Of a stretch of 64,000 nucleotides of DNA, positions 37,243 to 49,899 are shown piece after piece. Numbering within the stretch: the stretch's first letter is position 1; every line of letters begins with the position of its first letter. The translations under genes and the position numbers were made by a program. The notes under the pieces are model-generated. The model worked only from the letters and a program-made list of their open reading frames with translations, did not search any database and was not told where the DNA came from. The stretch is from Mobula hypostoma. Its lineage: Eukaryota. The DNA lies in the NCBI RefSeq assembly GCF_963921235.1, contig NC_086107.1:109184001-109248000 (forward strand), written 5' to 3'.

Positions 37243-39436
37243 AAGGGGTATGAGAGAGGAACTGGCCCAAGTCAATTGGAAAAGTAACCTAAATGGAGGG
37301 ACAGCAGAGCAGAATTGGATGAAATTCCTACAAATAAGGAAAATGCAGGAAAAATATATTCCAAGAAAAAAGAAAATCTTGAATGGAAAAATGGCACAAA
37401 TGTGGCTAACGAGAGAAGTTAAGGCAAAAACAAAAGCAAAAGAAACGGCGTACAAGGAAGCAAAAATTAGTGGGAAAAATGAGGACAGGAAGACCTTTAA
37501 AATCTTCCAGAAAGAAACTAAGAAAGTCATGAGGAAAGAAAAGATGAATTATGAAAGGAAGTTGGCAATTAACATAAAAAAGGATATTAAGAGTTTTTTT
37601 AAATATATGAAGAGTAAAAGAGTGACAAGGGTAGATATGGGTCCGATTGAAAATGATGCTGGAGTAATTATAAGGGATAACAAAGAGATGGCGGAGGAAG
37701 TGAATGAGTATTTTGCATCAGTCTTCACAGTGGAAGGCATGAGCAATATACCTGATTGCCAGAGGTATCAGGGAATAGAATTAGGTACAGTCAAGATAAC
37801 TAGAGAGAAAGTGCTTGGGAAGCTAAGTGGACTAAGAATAGATAAGTCTCCCGGCCCGGATGAGGTGCACCCAAGGGTTCTGAAGGAGGTGGCTTTGGAG
37901 ATTGTGGAAGCATTGGAAATGATCTTCCAGGAATCAATAGACTCTGGCATGGTTCCGGAGGACTGAAAGGTCGCAAATGTAGTTCCGCTATTTAAGAAAG
38001 GAAGGAGGCAGCAAAAAGAAAATTACAGACCTATTAGTCTGACATCGGTGGTTGGAAAGATATTGGAGTCAATCCTCAAGGACGAGGTTATGAAATACCT
38101 CGAGGTGCATGACAAGATAGGCCGAAGCCAGCATGGTTTCATGAAGGGAAGATCCTGTCTTACCAATTTATTGGAATTTTTTGAGGTAATCTCGAATAAG
38201 ATTGACAAGGGAGAGGCTGTGGATGTTGTGTATTTAGATTTTCAAAAGGCCTTCGATAAGGTGCCGCATATGAGGCTGCTTAATAAGATGAGAGCCATGG
38301 AATTATAGGAAAGATATTGAAATGGGTGGAGCATTGGCTGATAGGCAGAAAGCAAAGGGTGGGAATAAAGGGATCCTATTCTGATTGTTTGCCGGTTACT
38401 AGTGGTGTTCCGCAGGGGTCAGTGTTGGGGCCGCTTCTTTTTACGATGTATACCGATGATTTGGATTATGGATTAAATGGTTTTGTGGCCAAGTTTGCGG
38501 ATGACACCAAGATAGGTGGAGGAGCAGGAAATGTTGAAGAAACGGAAAGGTTGCAGAGAGACTTAGTCAGTTTAGGAGAGTGGGCAAAGAAATGGCAGAT
38601 GAGATACAACGTTGACAAATGTATGGTTGTACATTTCCGAATAAGAAATAATCGGGCAGATTATTATTTAGATGGGGAGAAAATTCAAAAATCGGAAGTT
38701 CAAAGGGACTTGGGGGTCCTCGTGCAGGACACCCTAAAGGTTAATCACCAAGTTGGATCGGCGGTAAGGAAAGCGAATGCTATGTTGGCATTCATTTCAA
38801 GAGGAATAGTGTATAAGAGTAAGGAGGTGTTGATGAGGCTCTATGGGGCATTAGTGAGACCTCATTTGGAATACTGTGTGCAGTTTTGGGCCCCCTATCT
38901 TAGAAAGGATATACTGATGTTGGAGAGAGTTCAGAGAAGATTTACGAGGATGATTCCTGGAATGCAGGGGCTAACATATGAGGAGCGTCTGTCGGCTCTT
39001 GGATTATATTCATTAGAGTATAGAAGAATGAGAGGGGATCTCATAGAAACGTTTCAAATGTTGAAAGGGTTGGACAGAGTAGATGTGGAAAGGTTGTTTC
39101 CCTTGGTGGGTGAGTCCAGGACAAGAGGCCATAGTCTTAGAATTAGAGGGTACCCAGTTAAAACAGAGATGAGGAGAAATTTTTTTAGCCAGAGGGTCGT
39201 GGATTTTGTGGAATTCGTTGCCACAAATGGCTGTGGAGGCCCGATCATTGAGGGTGTTTAAGGAGGAGATTGACGGGTATCTAATTAGTCAGGGTATCAA
39301 GGGATATGGGGAAAAAGCCGGAAATTGGAACTAGATGGGTGAATAGTTTAGCTCATGGGGGAGCTGCGGAGCAGACCCGATGGGCCGAATGGCCTACTTC
39401 TGCTCCTTTGTCTTGTGATCTTGTGATCTTGTGATC
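37243..39436 (+). mobile_element. CR1-clade LINE, 5'-truncated (about 2.2 kb of ORF2 + 3' UTR)
   Basis: KSPGPDEVHPRVLKE, QHGFMKGRSCLTNLLEFF, YLDFQKAFDKVPH, GVPQGSVLGPLLF, KFADDTK, LVRPHLEYCVQFWAP; one nonsense codon (37964) and frameshifts near 38300 and 39205; 8-bp (CTTGTGAT)n tail. Confidence 0.95.
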
Positions 39437-41017
39437 CTTATAACAATAGAAAAGTGGAAGGCTATGGAGGAGGGAAGAGTTAGATTGACCTTAGAGTGGG
39501 TTAAAAGGGTCAGCACAACATTGTGGGCCGAAGGGCCTGTACTGTGCTGTCATTCATGCGTTCTATGACGTGGGCAATCATGGTCTTTCCATGACCACGA
39601 CTGTTCTTGGCAAATTTTTCTACAGAAGTGGTTTGCCATTGCCTCCTTCTGGGCAGCGTCTTTACAAAGACGGGTGACCCCAGCCGTTATCAATACCCTT
39701 CAGAGAATGCCTGGCATCAATGGTCGCAGGACCAGGAATCGTGATATACACCAGCTGCTCAATGGAGCGTCCACCACCTGCCCCCATGGCTTCATGTGAC
39801 CCTGATCGGGGGGGGGGGGTGCTAAGCAGGTGCTACACCTTGCCCAAGAGTGATGTGCAGGACAGCGGAGGGAAGGAGCGCCTTACACTTCTTTTGGACG
39901 AGACAGATCTCCACCCCCGACACCCACTGTGCTGTACTGTTCTATATTCTGTGTCTAATCTGATATCAGAGCGTTGCAGTATGCTGGGGGTCACACGAAA
40001 GGTAGCCATAACATAGTGGGCAGAAAGGCCTGTCCTGTGCTGTGATGTCCACCCACGTGACCCATTAAGCTACTAACCCATACATCTTTGGGATGTTGGA
40101 GGAAACCAGAGCACTGAGAGGAAACAGGGAGAACATGTGAACTTACAGACCGTGCCAGAATTGAACCCCTGTCACTGGTGCTGTAATAGCATTGCGCTAA
40201 CCGCCACACTACCACGCCGCCCTCAATCGTAGCGGAAATAAAGAGTAATCAGCAGGTCAGGCAACATCCATGAAGAGAGAACCCAGTGCCAATCCTTCAG
40301 GTCAAAGTTCAAAGCACATTTATTGTCAAAGTATGTATATATTCCACAACCTTGAGATTCATCTCCTTACAGGCAGCCACAAAACAAAGAAACCCTGAAA
40401 GAGCCCATAAAAATCCATCAAACGCCCAATGCACAGAGAGAGAAAAAAATCACGCAAACAATAAAAGTAAGCAACTAGCATTCGGAGCTGAAGTTTTATG
40501 AAAGACGCAAAGCCGGGCGTCACTGCAGACGGAGCAGGCCACAGCCTCAGTTCAGCGCAGAGCCGGGTAAATGTTGCAGGACCGCAGACGTGAGACCAGG
40601 CGTCACTGCAGACAGAGCAGACCATGGCCTCGGTTCAGCGCAGAGCCAAGCAAGCATTGCGGAGGAGTGAGTTAAACCAAGCAGAACCGGCCCTCGCCTC
40701 ACCTCCGGTCCCGACACCCTGACCTTTTCAATCTGGCCCAGCGCTTAAATCATCCAAACATCGGGACTTTCCTCGCTCCAGCCTCCACCTCCTCCCACCT
40801 CCGCTCGCCTAGCCTCACCACTGCATGCCTCCTCTTTGTTAGCAGTGATCACTGACAACGGAGTGGAGGCGGAAGTTTGACTTCAATCAAAACAGTGAAC
40901 AGGGAGATGTACTCTGATAAGTATAAAAATTCAGGGGTTGTGCAGGAAACTGGTGAGGCCGCACTTGGAGTTTAGTGTGCAGTTTTAGTTGACCCATTTT
41001 AGGATAGGTGTTAATAA

Positions 41018-41560
41018 GCAACACACACAAAATGCCAGAAGAACTCAGCAGGTCAGGCAGCATCTATGGAAATGAATATACAGTCAATGTTTGGGGCCGA
41101 GACCCTTCTTCAGGACCGAGGTGGGAAGGGGGAAGGTGCCAGAATAAAAAGACAGGGGTGAGGGGAAGGAGTCTAGCTGGAAGGTGATAGGTGAAGCCAA
41201 GTGGGTGGGAAAGGTCAAGGACTGGAGAATAGGAGGGGAGAGTGGACCATAGGAGAAAGGGAAGGAGGAGGGGAGCTGGGGGGAAGTGATAGGCAGCTGA
41301 GAAGAGATAAGAGACCAGAGTGGGGAATAGAGAAGGGGGATAGAACTTGCTCACAAGAAGGAGAAATCGATATTCATGCCATTAGGCTGGAGGGTATCCA
41401 GACAGAATATGAGGTGTTTCTCCTCCATGTTGAGGGTGGCCTCATCTTGACACAAGAGGAGGCTGTGGACTGGGAATAGGAATCAGAATTAAAACATCTG
41501 GTCAGCAGGAAGTCCTGCGTGTGGCGGATGCTGCGAAGGTGCTCTTCGAAGCGGTCCTCA
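41018..41560 (-). mobile_element. Degenerate Penelope 3' fragment
   Basis: Minus-strand EDRFEEHLRSIRHTQD relic plus the same terminal repeat. Confidence 0.7.
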
Positions 41561-42034
41561 CAGCAGTCCAAGCACGGTTATTACAGGAAGTAGCAAATTG
41601 GAAGGAGCTGCTGAATGGATTTGCAAGGATGTTGCCAGGTCACGAAGAGAGGTTGAACAGGCTAGGATCTTATTCCCTAGGAGACTGAGAGATGATCTCA
41701 CTGAAATGTATAAAATAACGAGGGGCATAGATGGGTGAATACGCAAGTTTTCCCAGGTCTGGGGAATGTTGAACAGGTGAGGGCACATGAGAAAATGGAA
41801 GAGACAGAAGATGAGGAACAGAAAGGAGATCATTAAAATCCTCGGAAATGAGAGGAAGGGAAAAATTAAGAGCCAAGAAGAGAATGAGCAAAGGGTTTCC
41901 GCTGGCCCAGGCCAGGAGCAAGGAGATACGGAATATCACACGTAGATGTTGGAAGTCGAGCCTGAGACAGGAATGAGCTGACAAGGGCAGCAACCAGGCT
42001 GAAGGAAGGGACGGGGGGTGAGAGAGAAGCTCGA

Positions 42035-42600
42035 GCGCCAGAGAGGGAGGGGAATGTGAGGAAAAGGTGGTAGCAGGGGAAAGGAAAGAGAGAAGGGAAA
42101 GATCAAGAGGTGGAAGGGAGGAGGAGGAGGGGGTAAACGGGGTTGAGTGAGGGAAGAGAGAACGAATGAAGAGGGAAGGAGGATGGAGAGGGAGAGAGAA
42201 TGGTGGGAATAGAATGGGGAGGGAGGGAGGGTGAATGGGGAGAGGGGGTGAATTGGGAAGAGTGGAGGGTGAGTGGGGAGGGAGAATGGGCTAAATGGGA
42301 AGGGAGGGGTGAACGCAGAGGGAGGGGGTGAATAGGGAGGGAGGGGGTGAATGGGGAGGGAGAGATTCACAAAGGAACGCAGAAGGAACAAAGAGAGAGC
42401 AGCTGAGGAAAGGCAAGGAAGATGAAAAGGGGTGGAAGATGTGATTGAAAAGAGGGGGTGTACCAGTAAGTGAATGAAATGGAGGGAGAGAGGGAGGTGA
42501 AAATGAAAAGAAACAGTTGAAGAACGGAGATAGAGAGGCAGCAGGAATGGGTGGGAGTGTGAAGGAGAGAGGAAAAGAGATTCCGGAAGTTAGAAAGGAG
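42035..42600. repeat. Polypurine (GA-rich) low-complexity tract
   Basis: GGGAGGGAGGGTGAAT-type degenerate repeats. Confidence 0.85.
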
Positions 42601-43475
42601 GGTACAGAAACCCACTTTCTGTCACCTGTGTGAGGCCCTCCGCCCAGCGAGCGAGATGCTGGATTGCGTGACTACGGAAAACCCACTTGACTGATGGCAC
42701 AAACTTCACGCACTGAGCTGCAGTGGGAAAAGACAGAAGAATAATGCCGTTGGCAGGAGGTAAGGCTGCCACTCCAAGCCCGAGCTCTGGGACCAGCTTC
42801 TTTAAGGAGAAAACAACACGGTTTTATTTTGGATCAAGCGAAGAAGAATGGGGGAATTCCTCTGAAGCCTGCGCGGGTGGACAGGGTGGAGGGAGAGCAG
42901 GAGTAGCTACCACCCTGGATCAGTGTAAGCTCAAAGCAGTATTTTTCTACTTTGTATTTACATACCTACTTTCATGTCTTCTTCTTTTCTTTTGTGCCTC
43001 CGAAATATTCTTCCCCGTCCCTCTGTGACCCACTGTTCTGTATTTTAGCTTGAATGTCCATTCCGGGAACAGGCTAGACTCTGGAAGCTTGAAGGGACTA
43101 TTTGGCTAGATAAGGCATCACTCAGAACCCAGGACTGTCTCCACCTGGGGGGGGTGGGGGAGAGAGGGAATAGGGGGCTGGGGGAGAGAGGGAATAAGGG
43201 GTAATCACAGCATTTCTCCTCCCAGCTCTGACAGGGTGTTCAGCAAGGATATGAAGGGAGTGTATTTTAATGACCTCTCCCCCTGCGTGCCTGAGCACAC
43301 ATCTCCGAGTCAGCCTTTAACTCAGAGGCTGAAAGACAAAGTTCGTACAGAACCCTGGTCAGTATTAGTGTTCAAGCCTGTAGTGTCTGCAGACAAAGTA
43401 AGAAGACTGTGAAGTGTTGAAAATATAAAGCTATTTTTTGAAGGTCTTTAAAAAGTTTTCAACAGGATGGACGTA

Positions 43476-43790
43476 CACTCAGTGGCCACTTTATTAGCAA
43501 CTGAACCCGTCCACTTCAAGGTTCAACATGTTGTGAGTTCAGAGATGCTGTCTGCACACCGCGAGTTACTGTCACCTTCCCGTCGGCTTGAACCAGTCCG
43601 GCCATTCTCCCCCGACCTCTGACACTAACGAGGCATTTCTGTCCACAGAACTGGATGTTGTTCTGTTTTCCTGTTCTAGAGATTGTTGGGCATGAAAATC
43701 CCATAACATCAGCAGTGTCTGAGATACTCAAACCACCCCATACGGCACCAACAATCTTTCCTTGGTCAAAGTCACTTAGATCACATCTCG
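43476..43790 (-). mobile_element. Tc1-type transposon fragment, same family as 49205-49728
   Basis: TIR TACACTCAGTGGCCACTTTATTAG; ORF 43516..43809 CDLSDFDQGKIVGA..GGLSISDTADVMGFSCPTISR...RMAGLVQAD. Confidence 0.75.
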
Positions 43791-44677
43791 TACATGTATC
43801 TCGGTACATGTGACAATTAATAACCCAATATTAATGCCAATGCCAGTACTAAGTAAATGGCATTTTGTGAACTCATTTTGCACACCATTCATACAGATCA
43901 TTTCACAATCTAAATATGTTGAGGGAGTATTTGGGAAAAGCAATACCAACCTGTTATAGAGAAAGCAGAGTGCAGGCACAAACGTTGCGACAAGGTAGAT
44001 TGTGAGGTCAGGAGTTTATCTTGGTCATCCAGTAGTCTGATAACAGTGGGATAGAAGCTGTCCTTGAGCTGGGTGAGGTGTTCTTTCAAGTATCTTCGAC
44101 CCAACAGAGGAAAGAATGCCTGGGGTGGGAGAGGTCCTTGATTAGGCTAGCTGCCTTACTGAGGCAGTGAGAAATGTCGAAGGGTGTCCTTGAAGGAGAG
44201 AGCTGTGTCCGCCACTCTCTGCAATTTCTGAATGTCTTGCTTTAATAATGTATTGATAAAGATTGCTGTGGGTTGATGGGGACATGTCAAATTTCCATAA
44301 GACTGTAAGACATAGGAGAAAAATAAGGCCATTCAGCCCATCGAGTCTGCTCCACCATTCCACCATGGCTGTTTATCAACTCTCTCAACCCCATTTTCCT
44401 GCCTTCTCCCCATATTATTTAATGCCCTTACTAATCAAGAATCTATCAACCTCTGCTTTAAATATACCCGAAGATTTGGCCCCCACAGTCATCTGTGGCA
44501 ATGAGTTTCACAGATTCACCACCCTCCGGCTAAAGAAATTCCTTTTCATCCCTGTTCTAAAGGGTTCTCCTTGTATTTTGAGGCTGTGCCTTCTGGTCCT
44601 GGACTCTTCCCCCACCCTTGCCAGAATAGGAAATATCTCTCTCCATCCACTCTATGCCTTTCAATATTTGATAGGTT

Positions 44678-45195
44678 TCTTTTTTTTTCAAATCTTTTTA
44701 TTATTATATTATTCAAAAAAAATAACACGAGTACATCGAAGTAACAACACTTGCAATGTCTCAAGGAAAAAAAACCTTAAAGATTGAAAAAATTTGTGAT
44801 AATGAAAAATACAATCCTACTAAGCAGAAAAAGTGGGGAAAAAACCCACATCAAAGTTGCTGGTGAACGCAGCAGGCCAGGCAGCATCTCTAGGAAGAGG
44901 TACAGTCGATGTTTCGGGCCGAGACCCTTCGTCAGGTAAAAAAAAACCATTAGGTGTACAACCCCAGAGCCATGCGTCATACAAAAAGCTTCTAAAGATA
45001 AACATCGAACTGCCAGTAAGAAAGAAAAATATACCAAAAAATTTACCATTAGATCATGGAGAAAATCTATCAATTAGCTCAAATGATAATAACGAGCAAA
45101 TGAGCCCCATCTTTTCTCAAAATCAAATAAAGGTTCAAAGGTTGGAACTAATTTTCTCCAAACTAAGACATAGCATCACTTGAGAGAACTATTGT
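44678..45195 (-). mobile_element. L1/Tx1-like LINE 3' end with poly(A), interrupted by a Penelope terminus piece (44847-44936)
   Basis: Poly(T) run and TTTATT on the + strand at about 44678-44702; minus-strand relic SQVMLCLSLEKI resembles a fish L1 ORF2 C-terminus. Confidence 0.6.
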
Positions 45196-45199
45196 GACG

Positions 45200-45838
45200 A
45201 AGTTTGTCTGCCAGAGAAAGCAGGATCTCCCAGTGGCCACACGTTTTAATTCCATGTCCCATTCCCATTCTGACATGTCTATCCACGGCCTCCTCTACTG
45301 TAAAGATGAAGCCACACTCAGGTTGGAGGAACAATACCCTATATACCGTCTGGGTAGCCTCCAACCTGATGGCATGAACATTGACTTCTCAAACTTCCGC
45401 TAAAGCCCCACCTCCCCCTGTACCCCATCCGTTATTTATTTATATACACACATTCTTTCTCTCTCTCTCCTGTTTCTTCCTCTGTCCCTCTGACTATACC
45501 CTTTTCCCATCCTCTGGGTTTTTCCCACCCTCCCCCTTTTCTTTCTCCCTGGACCTCCCATCCCATGATCCTCTCATATCCCTTTTGCCAATCACCCGTC
45601 CAGCTCTTGGCTCCATCCCTCCCCCTCCTGTCTTCTCCTATCATTTCAGATCTCCCCCTCCCCCTCCCACTTTCATATCTCTTACTAGCTCTTCCTTCAG
45701 TTAGTCCTGACGAAGGGTCTCGGCCTGAAACGTTGACTGTACCTCTTCCTAGAGATGCTGCCTGGCCTGCTGCGTTCACCAGCAACTTTGATGTGTGTTG
45801 CTTGAATTTCCAGCATCTGCAGAATTCCTGTTGTTTGC
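45200..45838 (+). mobile_element. Penelope-like 3' fragment (GIY-YIG tail + pseudo-LTR), same subfamily as 16331-18015
   Basis: ORF 45194..45403 RKQDLPVAT.FNS.SHSHSDMSIHGLLYCKDEATLRLEEQ...QPDGMNIDFSNFR is nearly identical to the end of ORF 16273..17580. Confidence 0.88.
45703..45738 (+). ncRNA. Minimal hammerhead ribozyme motif in a Penelope 3' pseudo-LTR
   Basis: AGTC-CTGACGA-AGGGTCTCGGCCT-GAAACGTT-GACT (GUU triplet). Confidence 0.7.
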
Positions 45839-46869
45839 AAAAGACAACAAACTGAGCAAATACAAAATGAAAGAAATAATAAATAAATAAACAAACAAAC
45901 AAACAAACAAGCAAGCAAGCAAGCAATAAATATCAAAAACATGAGAGGAAGAGTCCTAAAAAACTGAGTCCATAGATTGTGATGGGACAAGTGAAGTTGA
46001 GTGAAATTATCATCTGATTCTAGACCCTGTTGGTTGAGGGGTAATAACTGTTCCTGAACCTGGTGGTGTGAGTCCTGGGGCTCCTGTACCTTCTTTCTGA
46101 TGGCAGCAGTGTTAAGAAGAGTGTGTCCTGGGTGGTCGGGATCCCTGATGATGGATGCTGCTTTCCTGCGATAACACTCCATGTAAATGTGCTCAGTGTT
46201 GGGGAGGGCTTTACCCGTGATGGACTTGACCGTGTCCACTGCTTTTTGTAGGATTTTCTGTTCAAGGCCGGAAGTTCCATTGCAGATAAGCATTTCCATT
46301 GAACTACAGACCAGAAAGAAAATGTTCAATGGACTAGGCTTGAACCCACTAGAATTAAAAGAGTGAGGCGACTTGATTGAAACACAATTGGATTCTGAGG
46401 GGTCTTAATAGATTGGATGTGGAGAGGGCAATTTCCCTCGAGAGAGAATTGAGAATTGGTGGACACTGCTTAGAAATAAAGGTTGACCTTATAGATCAGT
46501 GATCTATTGATTGGCTGCATCACAGCCTGGTATGGAGACACCAATGACTTTGAACGGAAAATCCTACAAAAGCTGGTGGATTCAGCCCAGTACATCACGG
46601 GTGAAGCCCTTCCAATTCATTCAGCTCATCTACATGAAACCTTGTCCACAGGAAAAGAGCATCCATCTTAGAGATCCTTACCACCCAGGCCATGCTCTTT
46701 TCTCACTGCTACCTTCAGATAGAAGGTACAAGAGTCTCAGGATTCACACCACCAGGCTCAGGAATAGTTACTACCCCTCGACCATCAGGCTCTTGAACAA
46801 AAGTGGATAACTACACTCACTTGCCCCTTCCATTGAGACGTTCCCACAACCAATTATCTCACATCAAGG

Positions 46870-47019
46870 AAACAACAGGAATTCTGCAGATGCTGGAAAT
46901 TCAAGCAACACACATCAAAGTTGCTGGTGAACGCAGCAGGCCAGGCAGCATCTCTAGGAAGAGGTGCAGTCTTCCTAGAGATGCTGCCTGGCCTGCTGCG
47001 TTCACCAGCAACTTTGATG
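46870..47019. mobile_element. Non-coding fold-back Penelope-terminus insertion (perfect 51-bp arms, 7-nt loop)
   Basis: Arms 46912-46962 / 46970-47020; 15-bp TSD TATCTCACATCAAGG at 46855-46869 and 47020-47034; inserted in a Rex1-like 3' fragment. Confidence 0.85.
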
Positions 47020-47075
47020 TATCTCACATCAAGGGCTCTTTATCTTGTTATTTCATGTTCTTGTTATTTATTAAT

Positions 47076-47331
47076 CAAGTCAAGTCAAGTCAAATTTATT
47101 TATAAAGCACATTTAAAACAGCCCATGTTGACCAAAGTGCTGTACAAACCATAACAGGTAGCTAAAATCACAAATACAAGAAACACAAATATAAACAACA
47201 AGGCACACAGCTTATAGGCACAAAATAAACAACACATGAGCCTAGGCACAAGCCAAAAATCAGCCACATCAGGAAGATTCAAATGCTAGTGAATAAAGGT
47301 AAGTTTTGAGCCTGGACTTAAAAGAGTCAAT
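47076..47331 (-). mobile_element. L2-clade LINE 3' end
   Basis: Minus-strand IDSFKSRLKTYLYSLAF; (TTGAC)n tail. Confidence 0.65.
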
Positions 47332-47719
47332 TTGTATTTGCACAGTTTGTTGTTTTCTGCATTCTGGTTGATCTTTCATTGATCCTGTTATAGTTACTGT
47401 TCTATAGATTTGCTGAGTATGTCCACAGGAAAGTAAATCCCAGGGTTGTATGTGGTGACATATTTGTACTCCGATAATAAAATTTACTTTGAACTTTGAA
47501 TCTTTGGAACTGCCTTCCTCATAAGGTGGAGGGAGATAGATGCATGACAACAAGGGTGAAAGTTCGCCAGTGTGTGCAGGAAGGCAAGAATTGAGGTTAG
47601 GCCGATTATCCATAATCTTGTTACAGTAAGTGTGGGGGGGGGGGCCTTAAAAGATCAAGTAGCTCACTCCTGCTCCAATACATATGGTGGCCTTCTCCTG
47701 TGAGTAAACGGTAAATTAG

Positions 47720-48392
47720 TCTTACCGTATCTGGTGCTCGCGGTGTGACCTCCTGTGTATCGGTGAGACCCGACATGGATTGGGAGACCACTTCGCTGAA
47801 CGCCTTTGCTCTGTCAGCCGCAAAAAGCAACCATCCATTTCAATTCTGCTTCCCATTCCCGTTCTGGCATGTCAGTCCATGGTATCCGCTCCTGCCGCAA
47901 TGAGGCCACACTCAGGTTGGAGGAGCAACACCTTATATTCCATCTAGGTAGCCTCCAACCTGACGGCACGAACATCAACTAACGGTAATTGCCTCCACCC
48001 CCCACTTTCCTTCACTATTTCACATTCCACTTTCCCTCTTTTATCTTATCTCCTTACCTGCCCATCACCTCTGTCTGGTGCTCTCCTCATTCCTTCCATG
48101 GTCCTCCGTCCTCTCCTGTCAGATTCTCCTTTCAACTTCCCAGCTCTTTACCTCACCCCTCCCCTGTCCTGGTTCCACCCATCACCTGCCACCTTGTACT
48201 CCTTCCTCCTCTCCCCCCACCTTCGTACTCTGACCTCTCCCCTTCCTTGCCAGTCCTGACGAAGACGGGTCTCGGCCTGAAACGTCGGCTGTTTAAATCT
48301 TTTCCATCGATGCTGCCTGGCCTGCTGAGTTCCTCCAGCATTTTGTGCGTGTGTTGTTCTGGATTTCCAGCGTCTGCAGACTTTCTGATGTC
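47720..48392 (+). mobile_element. Degenerate Penelope 3' fragment
   Basis: GIY-YIG relic (tgtatcggtgagacccga...), LRLEEQHLIFHLGSLQPDG relic, terminal repeat with hammerhead. Confidence 0.75.
48251..48291 (+). ncRNA. Minimal hammerhead ribozyme motif in an older Penelope subfamily copy
   Basis: CAGTC-CTGACGA-AGACGGGTCTCGGCCT-GAAACGTC-GGCTG; stem I CAGTC/GGCTG with a G-U wobble. Confidence 0.65.
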
Positions 48393-49204
48393 TGAAATCA
48401 GTCTAGCTTACAGGCTTTAGAGGCCACAGTTTAAGAATAAGGGGTAGGCCATTTAGAACAGAGTTGAGGAAAAACTTTTTCACCCAGGGAGTGGTGGATG
48501 TATGGAATGCTCTGCCCCAGAAGGCTGTGGAGGCCAAGTCTCTGGATGCTTTCAAGAAAGAGATGGATAGAGCTCTTAAAGATAGTGGAATCAAAGGTTA
48601 TGGGGATAAGGCAGGAACTGGATGCTGATAGTGGATGATCAGCCATGATCACAGTGAATGGCGGTGCTGGCTCAAAGGGCCAAATGGCCTACTCCTGCAC
48701 CTATTGTCTTCAATCTCCGCAGTGTGGGCACTGCAGCAGTGAGCTGTCACTGGGTCAGCCACTGATTCCCAAAGGGTCAGCTGCCACTGTAAAGAGAGAG
48801 GGGGGAGAGGGAGAGAAAGAATGTTTCTGAGCACAAGTAAAAAATAGAAAATGTGTGATGGAGGAAAGGGATAATAAATGAAGGCAAGAGCCTGAAGTGT
48901 TGCTGAGCAGAGAGATCTTGGGGTCCAGGTCCATACCTCCTTGAAAGTGTCTACACGGGTCAATAGGGTGATTAAGTAGAGGCTTATGGAATGCTTGATC
49001 TTATTACCAAAGTATTGAGTTAAAAACATTTCACGGCTAAAGGTGATGGCGATAGGGCTGAATTCTATCCAATTAGAGAATCACACAGCATGGAGAGATG
49101 CCCTTCAGCCCAGCTAGTCCGTGCCAGCCCACGTTTGCATCTAAGCTAGAGCCGCTTAACCAAATTTCAAAGTTCAAAGTAAATGTATGATCAAAGTACG
49201 TATA

Positions 49205-49728
49205 CACTCAGAGGCCAATTATTAGGCACCTTCTGTACCTGATAATGTGGCCACTGAGTGTGCGTTTGTGGTCTTCTGCTGCTGTAGCCCATCCAATTTA
49301 AGGTTAGATGTACGGTGCATTCAGAGGTGCTCTTCTGCACATCACTGAGGTGACGGGCGACACTGTCGGCTTGAACCAGTCTGGCCTTTCTCCTCTGACC
49401 TCTCATTAACAAGGCATTTTCACCCAAAGACTGCCGCTCACTGGATGTTTTTATGCCATTCTCTGTCATCTCTAGAGACTGTTGTGTGTGAAAATCCCAG
49501 GAGACCGACAGTTTCTGAGCTACTCAAACCTCCCCATCTGGCACCGCGGTGAAAGTCACTTAGATCACATTTCTTCCCCATTCTGATGTTTGGCCTGACA
49601 AACAACTGAACCTCTTGACCATGTCAGCATGCTTTCGTGCATTGAGTTGCTGCCACGTGATTGGCTGATTAGATATCTGCATTAACAAGCAGGTGTAGAG
49701 GTGTACCTAATAAAGTGGCCACTGAGCG
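49205..49728 (-). mobile_element. Tc1/mariner-type non-autonomous DNA transposon with TIRs and TA duplication
   Basis: TA-CACTCAGAGGCCAATTATTAGGCAC ... GTACCTAATAAAGTGGCCACTGAGCG-TA; minus-strand relic MGKKCDLSDF (Tc1 N-terminal DNA-binding region). Confidence 0.8.
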
Positions 49729-49899
49729 TAGGTCACCATGTACTGCCCTGAGATTCATTTTCTTCCAGGCATTTGCAGTAGAGCAAAGAAATACAACAGA
49801 ATTAATGAAAACTACATGCACACAAAGACTGACAAACAGTCATGCAATTAAAGGCAAACTGTGAAATTACAGAATAAAATAGTAATAATAATGATAGTA

